From assembly GCF_053078305.1 (NCBI RefSeq), contig NZ_CP166879.1: 64,000 nucleotides of DNA. One strand, written 5' to 3'. The notes beneath the pieces were generated by a model. It saw nothing but the letters and a program-made list of their open reading frames with translations. It ran no database searches and was not told the origin of the DNA. The translations under genes were made by a program, and so were the position numbers. This document shows, in pieces, positions 38,355-47,465 of the stretch. Within the stretch, counting starts at the first letter, position 1, and each line of letters opens with the position of its first letter.

Positions 38355-38368
38355 TCTATTGAAGAATG

Positions 38369-38399
38369 CCGGATACGAATGGTTTCGTGTCGTATCCGG
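38369..38399 (+). terminator. Stem-loop downstream of yicI (possible terminator)
   Basis: 10-bp perfect inverted repeat ccggatacga / tcgtatccgg with 11-nt loop; no strong T tract. Confidence 0.35.
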
Positions 38400-38648
38400 T
38401 AAATAATCTCACATCTGGTAATAAATATTTCTTCCATCGTATTTGCGAGCATGATCACGATTATTCATCGCGAAAATGTGATCTGTGCTGAAAAATATCC
38501 CTTAACCGCCTTGCTTTGTTTTATCACTGTCCGGATTACGGACAGATTTTAGTATTGTTGTGAAATTATTCTGCTTTATATTTACCCTCAGAGATGGCAA
38601 CTGAAGCTCTTCCTCATGGGGCTTCTTAATCTGTGATAAGGGTAAAAA

Positions 38649-40202
38649 ATGCAAATGATTACCTCGCGACAAAACAGATTATTACGATTCCTTTTACCTC
38701 GAAGGGAATATACGACTATTGTTAAGATTGCCGGCTATTTAAATGTTTCGGAAAAAACCATTCAACGTGATTTACGTTTACTTGAGCAATGGCTGGGGCA
38801 ATGGAGAATAAATGTTGAGAAGCGTGCTGGCGCGGGTGTGATGTTAAGCGCGGAGAATATTGCTGATTTGCTGCATCTTGATCATTTGTTGGGAGCAGAA
38901 TGTGAAGAGATTGATGGTGTAATGAATAATGCCAGGCGCGTTAAAATAGCGTCGCAGTTATTAAGTGAAACACCGAATGAAACGTCGATCAGTAAATTGT
39001 CAGAACGCTACTTTATCAGCGGAGCCTCTATTGTTAATGACCTGAGAGTAATTGAGTCCTGGCTTGCGCCGTTGGGGTTATCGTTGATCCGCAGCCCAAG
39101 TGGTACGCATATTGAAGGTAGTGAAGGGCAAGTCCGACAGGCAATGGCATTACTGATTAACAGCATTATTAACCATAATGAGCCGCAAGGTGTCGTGTAT
39201 TCACGTCTGGATCCCGGAAGTTATAAAGCATTAGTCCATTATTTTGGAGAAGAAGAGGTGTTATTTGTCCAGTCATTGTTACTGGATATGGAAAATGAAT
39301 TAAGTTGGTCTTTGGGAGAACCTTATTACGTTAACATTTTTACTCACATCCTTATTATGATGTATCGCAACACGCACGGGAATGCGTTATCAAGAGAAGA
39401 AGATCAAACCAGGCAATATGATGAAAATATCTTTAATGTTGCCAGTCAGATGATTCATAAGATAGAACAACGAATTGCACATACATTGCCCGATGATGAA
39501 GTCTGGTTTATTTATCAATATATCATTTCATCAGGTGTGGCGATTGATGGACAAAAAGATGTTAGCATTATTTCACATATGCAGGCCAGCAATGAAGCGC
39601 GTCTTATTACCTGGCGTTTAATTACGGTATTCAGTGACATCGTGGACTGCGATTTTAGTGAAGACAGCGCATTATATGATGGCTTATTGGTGCATATTAA
39701 ACCGCTGATTAACCGACTAAATTATCGTATTCATATCCGTAATCCATTGCTGGAAGATATTAAAGCAGAATTAGCGGATGTCTGGCGGTTGACGCAATAT
39801 GTGGTGAATCAGGTATTTAAAACCTGGGGTGAGAATGCAGTGAGCGAGGATGAAGTGGGTTACCTGACCGTTCATTTTCAGGCTGCGATGGAGCGGCAAA
39901 TTGCCCGTAAACGTGTATTACTGGTCTGTTCAACCGGAATCGGAACTTCGCATCTACTGAAAAGCCGTATTCTGCGAGCATTTCCTGAATGGACGATTGT
40001 TGATGTTATTTCAGCAGCGAATTTATCACAGGTTTTGCCTGACAATATCGAACTGATTATTTCGACCATTAATTTGCCTACAGTCACTATGCCGGTCGCT
40101 TATGTTACCGCTTTTTTTAATGATGCCGATATTAAGCGGGTCACTGAAATGGTGATTACGGAAAAATTACATCATGCGACGTCTCGGGTCGTTGAAATTT
40201 AA
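38649..40202 (+). CDS. PRD-domain transcriptional regulator (BglG/MtlR/LicR family) with N-terminal HTH and PTS EIIB-like domain
   Basis: 517-aa ORF; N-terminal HTH (TIVKIAGYLNVSEKTIQRDLRLLEQ); EIIB(Gat)-like Cys motif (VLLVCSTGIGTSHLLKS); lies upstream of the PTS genes. Confidence 0.75.
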   Translation: MQMITSRQNRLLRFLLPRREYTTIVKIAGYLNVSEKTIQRDLRLLEQWLGQWRINVEKRAGAGVMLSAENIADLLHLDHLLGAECEEIDGVMNNARRVKIASQLLSETPNETSISKLSERYFISGASIVNDLRVIESWLAPLGLSLIRSPSGTHIEGSEGQVRQAMALLINSIINHNEPQGVVYSRLDPGSYKALVHYFGEEEVLFVQSLLLDMENELSWSLGEPYYVNIFTHILIMMYRNTHGNALSREEDQTRQYDENIFNVASQMIHKIEQRIAHTLPDDEVWFIYQYIISSGVAIDGQKDVSIISHMQASNEARLITWRLITVFSDIVDCDFSEDSALYDGLLVHIKPLINRLNYRIHIRNPLLEDIKAELADVWRLTQYVVNQVFKTWGENAVSEDEVGYLTVHFQAAMERQIARKRVLLVCSTGIGTSHLLKSRILRAFPEWTIVDVISAANLSQVLPDNIELIISTINLPTVTMPVAYVTAFFNDADIKRVTEMVITEKLHHATSRVVEI

Positions 40203-40228
40203 TGTCAGAATTTTATGAGGTATGACGA

Positions 40229-40699
40229 ATGGACATAACAAAAATCCTGAATACGAATCGCGTTATTTTAGATATGCAAGCGACGAATAAAGCGGAGGCG
40301 ATTGAAGAATTAACTAATCTTCTCAAAAAAGATGGTGCGATCGATTGTCGGGAAACCTTTATTAAAGATGTCTGGCAGCGCGAAGCGGAAGGCTCGACTG
40401 GTTTTGAAAATCATATTGCGATCCCGCATGGTAAATCTTCTGCGGTAATTAATACTACGCTGGCAATTGGCCGTACCCGCCAGGATATTCCCTGGGAAAC
40501 GCTGGATGGTAGTAGCGTGCGCTGTATTATTTTATTTGCGGTACGTCTTGAAGATCAAAATACCACCCATATCCGTTTACTTTCCCAGGTCGCGGGCGCG
40601 CTGGCGGATGATGACATCATAGAACAATTGTTAGTTGAGACGAGTCCGCAAAAAATCATTGATCTCTTTAGTCAGTATGCACAATCCGATGTCTGCTAA
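40229..40699 (+). CDS. PTS EIIA component (fructose/mannitol-type, EIIA-2 family)
   Basis: 156-aa ORF with phosphorylation-site His motif FENHIAIPHGKS. Confidence 0.8.
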   Translation: MDITKILNTNRVILDMQATNKAEAIEELTNLLKKDGAIDCRETFIKDVWQREAEGSTGFENHIAIPHGKSSAVINTTLAIGRTRQDIPWETLDGSSVRCIILFAVRLEDQNTTHIRLLSQVAGALADDDIIEQLLVETSPQKIIDLFSQYAQSDVC

Positions 40700-40716
40700 A
40701 TAACAGGGAGTATGTC

Positions 40717-41031
40717 ATGAATATTGTCTGTGTTGCCGCCTGTACGGCGGGTATTGCTCATACCTATATTGCTCGTGAAAAGTTAATCAAAGGAGCAAAA
40801 GCTCTGGGCCATACCATTAAAGTTGAAACCCAGGGAACCATTGGTACAGAAAATGAATTACAGGCGGCAGATATCTCTGCTGCTGACGTCGTGATTCTTG
40901 CTGTAGATGTGAAAATAAAAGGAGAAGAACGCTTCACCAATAAACGTATTGTGCGAGTAAAGACAGAGATCGTCATTAAATCGCCCGTTCAATTTCTTGA
41001 AAAGGTCGAAAAATCACTGGGAAACAAATGA
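40717..41031 (+). CDS. PTS EIIB component (fructose-like IIB)
   Basis: 104-aa ORF with active-site Cys near N-terminus (MNIVCVAACTAGIAHTYIA). Confidence 0.8.
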   Translation: MNIVCVAACTAGIAHTYIAREKLIKGAKALGHTIKVETQGTIGTENELQAADISAADVVILAVDVKIKGEERFTNKRIVRVKTEIVIKSPVQFLEKVEKSLGNK

Positions 41032-41055
41032 TCCTTATACTGGAGGGATCTTAAT

Positions 41056-42147
41056 ATGAAAGACAATAAAATTCCGGTTTCACAGGAAATTAAAAAACAT
41101 TTATTAACCGGCATCTCGTGGATGATACCCCTTATTGTGGCCGCCGGGATATGTATTGCGTTGGGGCAAGTTCTTGGCGGTACAGATGTTGGTGAAAAAA
41201 CAGGAACAATCCCGTGGATGCTTAATCAGATTGGCGGCTGGGGAATGGGGCTGATTGTGCCGCTGATTAGCGCGGCAATTGCCTATTCTATTGCCGATCG
41301 TCCCGGATTTGCCCCGGGTCTGATTGTCGGCTTTCTCTGTGGGCAAATCCATACCGGATTTATTGGCGGTATGTTGGGTGGTTTCCTGGTGGGCTACACC
41401 ATTTTGCTACTTAAACGCTATATCCGCCTGCCGCAGTCGATGCAAGGACTCATGCCAATCATGGTGTTGCCGGTATTAAGCACCATTATCGGTGGGCTGT
41501 TAATGATGACGCTGATTGGTAAACCCATCGCCTGGTTACAAGAAGCACTGATTCATTTGCTCGAGTCGATGCAGGGCGGATCGCGCTTCCTGATGGGGGC
41601 CATACTTGGCGCGATGGCAACCTTCGATTTCGGTGGTCCGGTCAACAAAACCATGTCGCTGTTTTCCGATGGCTTGCTGGTCAGTGGCGTCTACGGACCA
41701 GAAGCCGTGAAATTTGTCGGCTCAATCATCCCTCCGTTTGGCATCACACTTTCGTTCTTACTGACACGCCATAAATACACCCGTGCGGAGCGCGAGGCGC
41801 TGAAAGCCGCGTTTCCGATGGGGATCTGCATGATCACTGAAGGAGTCATTCCGATCGCCGCGCGTGACCTGCTGCGAGTAGTGGGATCTTGTGTGGTGGC
41901 ATCGGCGGTCGCGGGCGGCTTAATCATGGTGTGGGGCGTGGAGAGTCCGGTTCCGCATGGCGGCATGTTTGTTGTGCCTCTGTTCACCCATCCTCTGCTG
42001 TTTTGCCTGGCGCTGGGTATAGGCACGGTGATTTGTGGCGTGATGCTTTCACTCTGGAAGAAACCGGTAACGGAACGCGACGAAGAGTTTGACGAACTGA
42101 GCGATCAAAAGCTGAAAGATGAAGAGATCACTTTCACCCTCGAATAA
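41056..42147 (+). CDS. PTS EIIC permease (fructose-like IIC)
   Basis: 363-aa polytopic membrane ORF immediately after EIIB. Confidence 0.8.
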   Translation: MKDNKIPVSQEIKKHLLTGISWMIPLIVAAGICIALGQVLGGTDVGEKTGTIPWMLNQIGGWGMGLIVPLISAAIAYSIADRPGFAPGLIVGFLCGQIHTGFIGGMLGGFLVGYTILLLKRYIRLPQSMQGLMPIMVLPVLSTIIGGLLMMTLIGKPIAWLQEALIHLLESMQGGSRFLMGAILGAMATFDFGGPVNKTMSLFSDGLLVSGVYGPEAVKFVGSIIPPFGITLSFLLTRHKYTRAEREALKAAFPMGICMITEGVIPIAARDLLRVVGSCVVASAVAGGLIMVWGVESPVPHGGMFVVPLFTHPLLFCLALGIGTVICGVMLSLWKKPVTERDEEFDELSDQKLKDEEITFTLE

Positions 42148-42158
42148 CCGGAGGCCCT

Positions 42159-43010
42159 ATGTTTGCCGATATGAAAAGTATGGTGATGAAAGCCTGGCAT
42201 GAACATTACGCCTTGCTGGCGATCAACTGTATGAATCTGGAAAGTGCTTACGCAGCTATCCGCGTGGCGGAGAAGAATCGCGCTCCGATCATTCTCAATC
42301 TCTATCAGGGGCATCTGGCACATTTTCCTGCACCCGTCGCGGCGGCAGTGGTTAAAACGCTCGCGGAATCTGCCTCAGTACCGGTCACTCTGGCGCTTGA
42401 TCATGGCAAAAATCCGGACTGTATTCGTCAGGCGTTTCGTGCTGGTTTCAGCGGATTAATGATTGATGCTTCTGCTTTTCCCCTGGAGGAAAACGTGCGC
42501 CAGACCAGGGCGGTGGTGGAACTCGCCGCCAGCGCGCAGCTCTGCGTGGAAGGCGAACTGGGCCATCTGGCAGATGCGCCGCGTTACGACCAGGCCGCCA
42601 ATGCAGACATGATGACGCAACCCACTGATGTGGAACCGTTTATCGCGCAGACAGGCATTGATCTACTGGCTGTCTCTGTGGGTACGGCGCACGGCATGTA
42701 CGCGCCTGGTGTTGTACCTGCTATTGATTTTCAGCGTCTGGCGGAGATTTTCCACTGCTCGAGCGTGCCTCTGGCATTACATGGCGGTAGCGGTACGCCG
42801 TTCGATCAGCTCCAGCTCTGTACGACGCTGGGGGTAGCAAAAATCAACGTGGGGGCGGCCATTTTTGAACGGGGGAAATCCGCGCTCCTGCATACCCTCT
42901 GTCACGATATATCCATTGAACTGGTGGACGCGCTGAAAGCTATGGAACTGGCCTTCGAAGAAGCGATTACACCGTATTTACAGGCGAGCGGCTCTATCGG
43001 CAAAGCCTGA
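42159..43010 (+). CDS. Class II ketose-bisphosphate aldolase family protein (GatY/KbaY/FbaA-like), variant N-terminal motif
   Basis: 283-aa ORF with LALDHG, VSVGTAHG and LALHGGSG motifs (Zn-ligand His positions); canonical GAFNV substrate motif replaced by LAINCMNLE. Confidence 0.7.
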   Translation: MFADMKSMVMKAWHEHYALLAINCMNLESAYAAIRVAEKNRAPIILNLYQGHLAHFPAPVAAAVVKTLAESASVPVTLALDHGKNPDCIRQAFRAGFSGLMIDASAFPLEENVRQTRAVVELAASAQLCVEGELGHLADAPRYDQAANADMMTQPTDVEPFIAQTGIDLLAVSVGTAHGMYAPGVVPAIDFQRLAEIFHCSSVPLALHGGSGTPFDQLQLCTTLGVAKINVGAAIFERGKSALLHTLCHDISIELVDALKAMELAFEEAITPYLQASGSIGKA

Positions 43011-43090
43011 TTCATTTTCTGTCATGGCCTTTATGCCAGTGCAATAACGCACCGGCAGGGCGGACTACACGCTGAAACTGGAGATTTAAC

Positions 43091-43951
43091 ATGTTAGTTT
43101 CGATGAAAGAATTACTGCAACCTACCCGCCAGCACGGCTTTGCCATTGGCGCATTTAATGTGGCGGATAACTGTTTCCTTCGCGCAGTCGTGGATGAAGC
43201 AGAAGCGACAAATACTCCGGCGATTATTGCCATCCATCCCAGCGAACATGATTTTGTGGGCGATGCCTTTTTCGCTCACGTTCGCGAAATTACCCAGCGT
43301 AGTCCAGTCCCGTTTGTACTGCACCTCGATCATGGTGCCTCTGTAGAGCATGTTTTGCGTGCGATTCGCTGCGGATTTACCTCAGTAATGATCGACGGTT
43401 CGCTGCTGCCGTATGAAGAAAACGTGGCGCTGACCGCAGAAGTGGTTCGCCTCGCTCACGCGGTTGGCGTGTCGGTTGAGGGTGAACTGGGAACCATCGG
43501 ACAAACAGGAACGTCGGTAGAAGGTGGTGTTTCACAAGTGACCTACACAGATCCGGCGCAGGCCGCCGATTTTATTGCTCGTACAGGTGCCGACACACTG
43601 GCTGTGGCGATTGGTACAGCGCATGGCATCTATCCAAAAGGGATGCAACCGAAGCTGCAAATGAACATTTTGCGCGACATTGCCGGACGTATTGATATTC
43701 CGCTGGTACTACACGGTGGTTCGGCAAACCCGGACGCGGAGATTGCTGAATCAGTTACGCTCGGCGTCGGCAAAATCAATATCTCCAGCGATATGAAATA
43801 CGCCTATTTCCAGAAAGTGCGTGAAATTCTCGCTAAAGAGAGCTGGTGGGACCCGAACGTCATCTATCCGGATGCGATTAACGCGGCGCGGGAAGTCATT
43901 CGCCACAAAATGAAACTGTTCGGTTCGCTCGGTAAAGCATCACTGTACTAA
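43091..43951 (+). CDS. Class II ketose-bisphosphate aldolase (tagatose/fructose-bisphosphate aldolase family)
   Basis: 286-aa ORF with canonical GAFNV, LHLDHG, VAIGTAHG and LVLHGGS motifs. Confidence 0.75.
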   Translation: MLVSMKELLQPTRQHGFAIGAFNVADNCFLRAVVDEAEATNTPAIIAIHPSEHDFVGDAFFAHVREITQRSPVPFVLHLDHGASVEHVLRAIRCGFTSVMIDGSLLPYEENVALTAEVVRLAHAVGVSVEGELGTIGQTGTSVEGGVSQVTYTDPAQAADFIARTGADTLAVAIGTAHGIYPKGMQPKLQMNILRDIAGRIDIPLVLHGGSANPDAEIAESVTLGVGKINISSDMKYAYFQKVREILAKESWWDPNVIYPDAINAAREVIRHKMKLFGSLGKASLY

Positions 43952-43959
43952 GCCAGAAG

Positions 43960-43980
43960 GGCGGGGTGACCCGCCTTTTA
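43960..43980 (+). terminator. Short GC stem-loop plus T4 between aldolase and kinase genes (possible intra-operon attenuator)
   Basis: ggcggg-gtga-cccgcc followed by tttta. Confidence 0.35.
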
Positions 43981-43998
43981 CGCAACAAGGAACGAGAT

Positions 43999-44931
43999 AT
44001 GCACTATCTGGGGTTGGATATTGGTGGGACCAAAATCGCCGCCGTCGTCATGGATGCGCATGGCTGGGAGATTCGCCGTTACCGCTGCCCGACGCAAAAG
44101 TCGACATATCAACAATTTGTCTCATGCGTTGTGGCACTTATCGAGCAGATTAGGCGGGACGTTCAACGACCGATGCTGACAGGGATCGCCTTACCCGGCA
44201 GTATCTCGCCACTCACTGGCCTGATTAAAAACGCGAATATTCAGGTGATTAACGGTCATGCGTTACAGGCTGATTTGCAGCAATTGCTTGGGCAACCGGT
44301 GGTGATAGCCAATGATGGTAACTGTTTCGCGCTATCAGAAGCTTGCGACGGTGCCGGGCAAGATTATGACGTGGTATTTGGTATTACGCTTGGTACGGGC
44401 TGCGGCGGTGGCATTGCCATCAAGCAACGACCGTTTATAGGGGCCTGGGGAAATGCTGCCGAATGCGGTCATATCACGTTGCCAGGCTATACGGAGCAGG
44501 AAGATGGTCCATCAGTCAGTTGCTATTGCGGCAAACACAACTGCGTGGAGTCGTTTGTTTCCGGCAGCGGTTTTAGTGAACGCTATCAACAGATGACTGG
44601 TAACTTGCTCACTCCTGCGGCGATTGTCACCCTGGCACAACGTGGTGATGCTTGTGCCATGCAGCAGGTGGCACGTTTTCGCCAACAGCTTGCCCGCACG
44701 CTCGCAACCATCGTTAATGTTGTTGACCCTGGCGTGATTGTGATCGGCGGCGGGCTTTCGAATGTGGAACTGCTTATCACCGATCTGAACGCAGAAGTCG
44801 CTCCACTGGTTTTCACCGATCAATTCACCACTCCCATTGTAAAAGCACAGCACGGCGACAGTAGCGGAATGCGTGGCGCTGCCTGGCTTGCTATGCGCAA
44901 CGGAGAAGCCAATGAAACGTTCACAAATTAA
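43999..44931 (+). CDS. ROK-family sugar kinase
   Basis: ORF 43966..44931; likely start MHYLGLDIGGTKIAAV (ATG 43999, RBS aaggaacgag); ROK glycine-rich ATP motif and Cys-rich zinc motif (CYCGKHNC). Confidence 0.75.
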   Translation: MHYLGLDIGGTKIAAVVMDAHGWEIRRYRCPTQKSTYQQFVSCVVALIEQIRRDVQRPMLTGIALPGSISPLTGLIKNANIQVINGHALQADLQQLLGQPVVIANDGNCFALSEACDGAGQDYDVVFGITLGTGCGGGIAIKQRPFIGAWGNAAECGHITLPGYTEQEDGPSVSCYCGKHNCVESFVSGSGFSERYQQMTGNLLTPAAIVTLAQRGDACAMQQVARFRQQLARTLATIVNVVDPGVIVIGGGLSNVELLITDLNAEVAPLVFTDQFTTPIVKAQHGDSSGMRGAAWLAMRNGEANETFTN

Positions 44932-45592
44932 TTATGTTATTGATAAAGCACATGCCATTGCGCAGACCTTCCGCGTTTGTTTGCCAGAGTTCGCCTATTT
45001 TACGGTGGATGACTGGCTGCAGCGGGAACGGGATAACTGGCAAGAAGTGGTCGACTTACAGCTCGGTTGGGATATCACCGATTTTGGTCGTGGTGATTTC
45101 AACCAAACGGGACTAACACTGCTAACGATGCGCAACGGCGCGCTGGGGTCGGCGGCATATCCAAAACCGTATGCTGAGAAAATGTTGCAGATCCAACAAG
45201 ATCAGCAGACTCCCTGGCATTTTCACACCCACAAAATGGAAGATATCCTCAATCGGGGCGGTGGAGACTTATGCATGCAGTTGGCCTGGGCCAACGAAGC
45301 CAGTCTCTGTGATGATCAACGAGTCATTACCGTGAGTGTTGATGGTCAGCGGCGTACCATGAAACCTGGTGAAACGCTGGTGTTAAAGCCGGGGCAGGGC
45401 ATTTGCCTGCCGCCGCGTCTGTATCATCGCTTCTGGGCGGAAAAAGCGTTTGTTCTCGGCTGGGAAATTTCGATGGTAAATGATGACCAACACGATAACT
45501 ATTTTCTTGAGCCGGGAGGACGTTTTCCTGCGATAGAAGAAGATGAACCGGTGAAATGGTTATTGTGCAGTGAGTATGGAATTTTGCGCTAA
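44912..45592 (+). CDS. Cupin-fold sugar isomerase, D-lyxose/D-mannose isomerase-like (YdaE family)
   Basis: ORF 44873..45592; probable start MKRSQINYV (44912) overlapping the kinase 3' end by 20 nt; metal-binding His cluster WHFHTHK. Confidence 0.6.
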   Translation: MKRSQINYVIDKAHAIAQTFRVCLPEFAYFTVDDWLQRERDNWQEVVDLQLGWDITDFGRGDFNQTGLTLLTMRNGALGSAAYPKPYAEKMLQIQQDQQTPWHFHTHKMEDILNRGGGDLCMQLAWANEASLCDDQRVITVSVDGQRRTMKPGETLVLKPGQGICLPPRLYHRFWAEKAFVLGWEISMVNDDQHDNYFLEPGGRFPAIEEDEPVKWLLCSEYGILR

Positions 45593-45601
45593 TAACGGGG
45601 A

Positions 45602-45637
45602 ACGCTAGCGCTGATATCCGCTAGCGTCCTTATTTTT
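45602..45637. terminator. Hairpin terminator at the junction of the sugar island and convergent yicH
   Basis: acgctagcg-ctgatatc-cgctagcgt followed by ccttattttt. Confidence 0.55.
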
Positions 45638-47345
45638 ACTGCGCCGGCTCCGTCGACGTAACTTCACCACTGGAAACTACGCCCGCATTCATGGTTTGAG
45701 TCACTTGCTGCTTTGCGGCGTTCACGGCATGCAATTGCCCGCTAACCGTAGGTTTCAGCGGGACATTGGCCTGAATATCGCCACTGGCGGTAAGCTGAAT
45801 ATTGCCGTCGCCAGTCAACGGTAATTCAGGCCATCCCCAATGTTGCAAAATATTCACCGGCACACCGCGTCCATTCAGGCTGATATGGGTCTGACGTTGT
45901 GGCGTTTGTGAAACACTGGCGGTGGCTTCCAGAATGCCTTTTTCAGTAAATGCACTCAGTTCGCTGATATTCACCGTGCTGCTGTTGGCGGTTAGCGCCA
46001 GCGATGGACGACGGACATCAACACGATTAAACGTCGCGGCGGCGGCATTCAGATTCGCCGAACCACTCCAGACGCCCCATTTATGATCGGTGACCAGCGT
46101 CAGGTTGGCACCGTAACCATCGAGCGCGGTGAGCTGCCACGGGAAGTCAGGGTCGATATCAATGATCAGATTGCGGCTGGCGCTAAATCTCTTCAGTTGC
46201 AGGCTGTTTAACCAACCCGGTGTCGTTTCCATCCACAACTGTTGCCAGTTTTTCGGCAAGGTATATTCCAGCCCGGCAATTGCCGCATCATCAAGGAGTA
46301 ACGTTTTCCCGTCACGCAGCCAGTTCCCTGACGTTCTGACCATACCCCCTTCCCAGCGGCTGGTGAACTGGCGCAGCGCTACGCCCTGCGGGGAAAATTC
46401 CGCGTTTATAATCGGGTCAAATAAATGCAGCGAACCATAAATGAACTCGCTAGCGTTCATCGACAGTTTGCCTTCTTGTGTCTGCCAGTCATCTTTACTG
46501 AAGGTCATGTTGCGCAAGCTGAGATCGAGGTCGGTCACCGCCCAGTCCGGACCTTGCAGACGAGCATCGATCACTTCCAGGCGACCAATCTGCAACGACG
46601 GGACAGAGCGTAATGGTGCAAAGAAGTCGGTTAGCGATTTTTCGCTTTGTAGACGGATATCCGCCATGCGCAGATTTTCCACTTGCCAGCTGCCGTCGGC
46701 GTTACGCTGCGCGTTTCCGGTTAATGTCCCGCGCGCGATGTCGGCACCCAGGTTAGTCAGCGTAACGCGATCGTTATCAATACTGCCTTCAATCAGTACA
46801 TTGGTGGCAGGAACATCATTGAGCGAAAGCGATCCGGCACTAAACTGAATCTGCGCCTTCGTACCCAGCACTTTACCGGCTTCTGGTGACCACGGAACCA
46901 CGCCGCCATTTACCCGCTGCGCGCTCAGTTTCCATTCGCTATTCGGGCTATTAAACGCCATATCACGCAGTTGCAGACGATCGGCTTTGAACGGTAGCGG
47001 CGCGGTCTGGTCGGTGAGATTCAGCGTTCCGTTTTCCAGCAGGATGGTATCGACATGGCGTGGTTCGGTCAGTTGCCGACTACTTAGCGCAATGTCGACA
47101 CTTTTGGCCACCAGGGTCGCGGGCTGGCCATCACGACCAAACGTGACGTTCTCCAGCACAATATGAGATGGCGCGGAAAAACGGTGATCCATCGCCCCGA
47201 AGGCCAGATGATAGTCGCTATTCTCGGAAACCCATGCGCTGATATGTTCTGCTCCCCAGCGGGTTTGCAGAAGAAAATAGAGGCCAGCGATCACCACTAA
47301 CAGAGCGATGAGAATGTAGAGAAGCAGCTTCCCAATAAATTTCAT
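45636..47345 (-). CDS. yicH: AsmA-family protein YicH
   Basis: ORF 45636..47369; conserved form begins MKFIGKLLLYILIALLVVIAGLYF (N-terminal TM anchor). Confidence 0.85.
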   Translation of the reverse strand: MKFIGKLLLYILIALLVVIAGLYFLLQTRWGAEHISAWVSENSDYHLAFGAMDHRFSAPSHIVLENVTFGRDGQPATLVAKSVDIALSSRQLTEPRHVDTILLENGTLNLTDQTAPLPFKADRLQLRDMAFNSPNSEWKLSAQRVNGGVVPWSPEAGKVLGTKAQIQFSAGSLSLNDVPATNVLIEGSIDNDRVTLTNLGADIARGTLTGNAQRNADGSWQVENLRMADIRLQSEKSLTDFFAPLRSVPSLQIGRLEVIDARLQGPDWAVTDLDLSLRNMTFSKDDWQTQEGKLSMNASEFIYGSLHLFDPIINAEFSPQGVALRQFTSRWEGGMVRTSGNWLRDGKTLLLDDAAIAGLEYTLPKNWQQLWMETTPGWLNSLQLKRFSASRNLIIDIDPDFPWQLTALDGYGANLTLVTDHKWGVWSGSANLNAAAATFNRVDVRRPSLALTANSSTVNISELSAFTEKGILEATASVSQTPQRQTHISLNGRGVPVNILQHWGWPELPLTGDGNIQLTASGDIQANVPLKPTVSGQLHAVNAAKQQVTQTMNAGVVSSGEVTSTEPAQ

Positions 47346-47465
47346 GGTCTTCCATCCCGTGAAATGCACATAAGGGAGTTATGCACGATTTACGCGCAAT
47401 CCTCAAGGCGGGAATGGTGAAAGAGGTGAGACTGCGGCGGTAATTATCTTACCGCCGCCAGTGAA

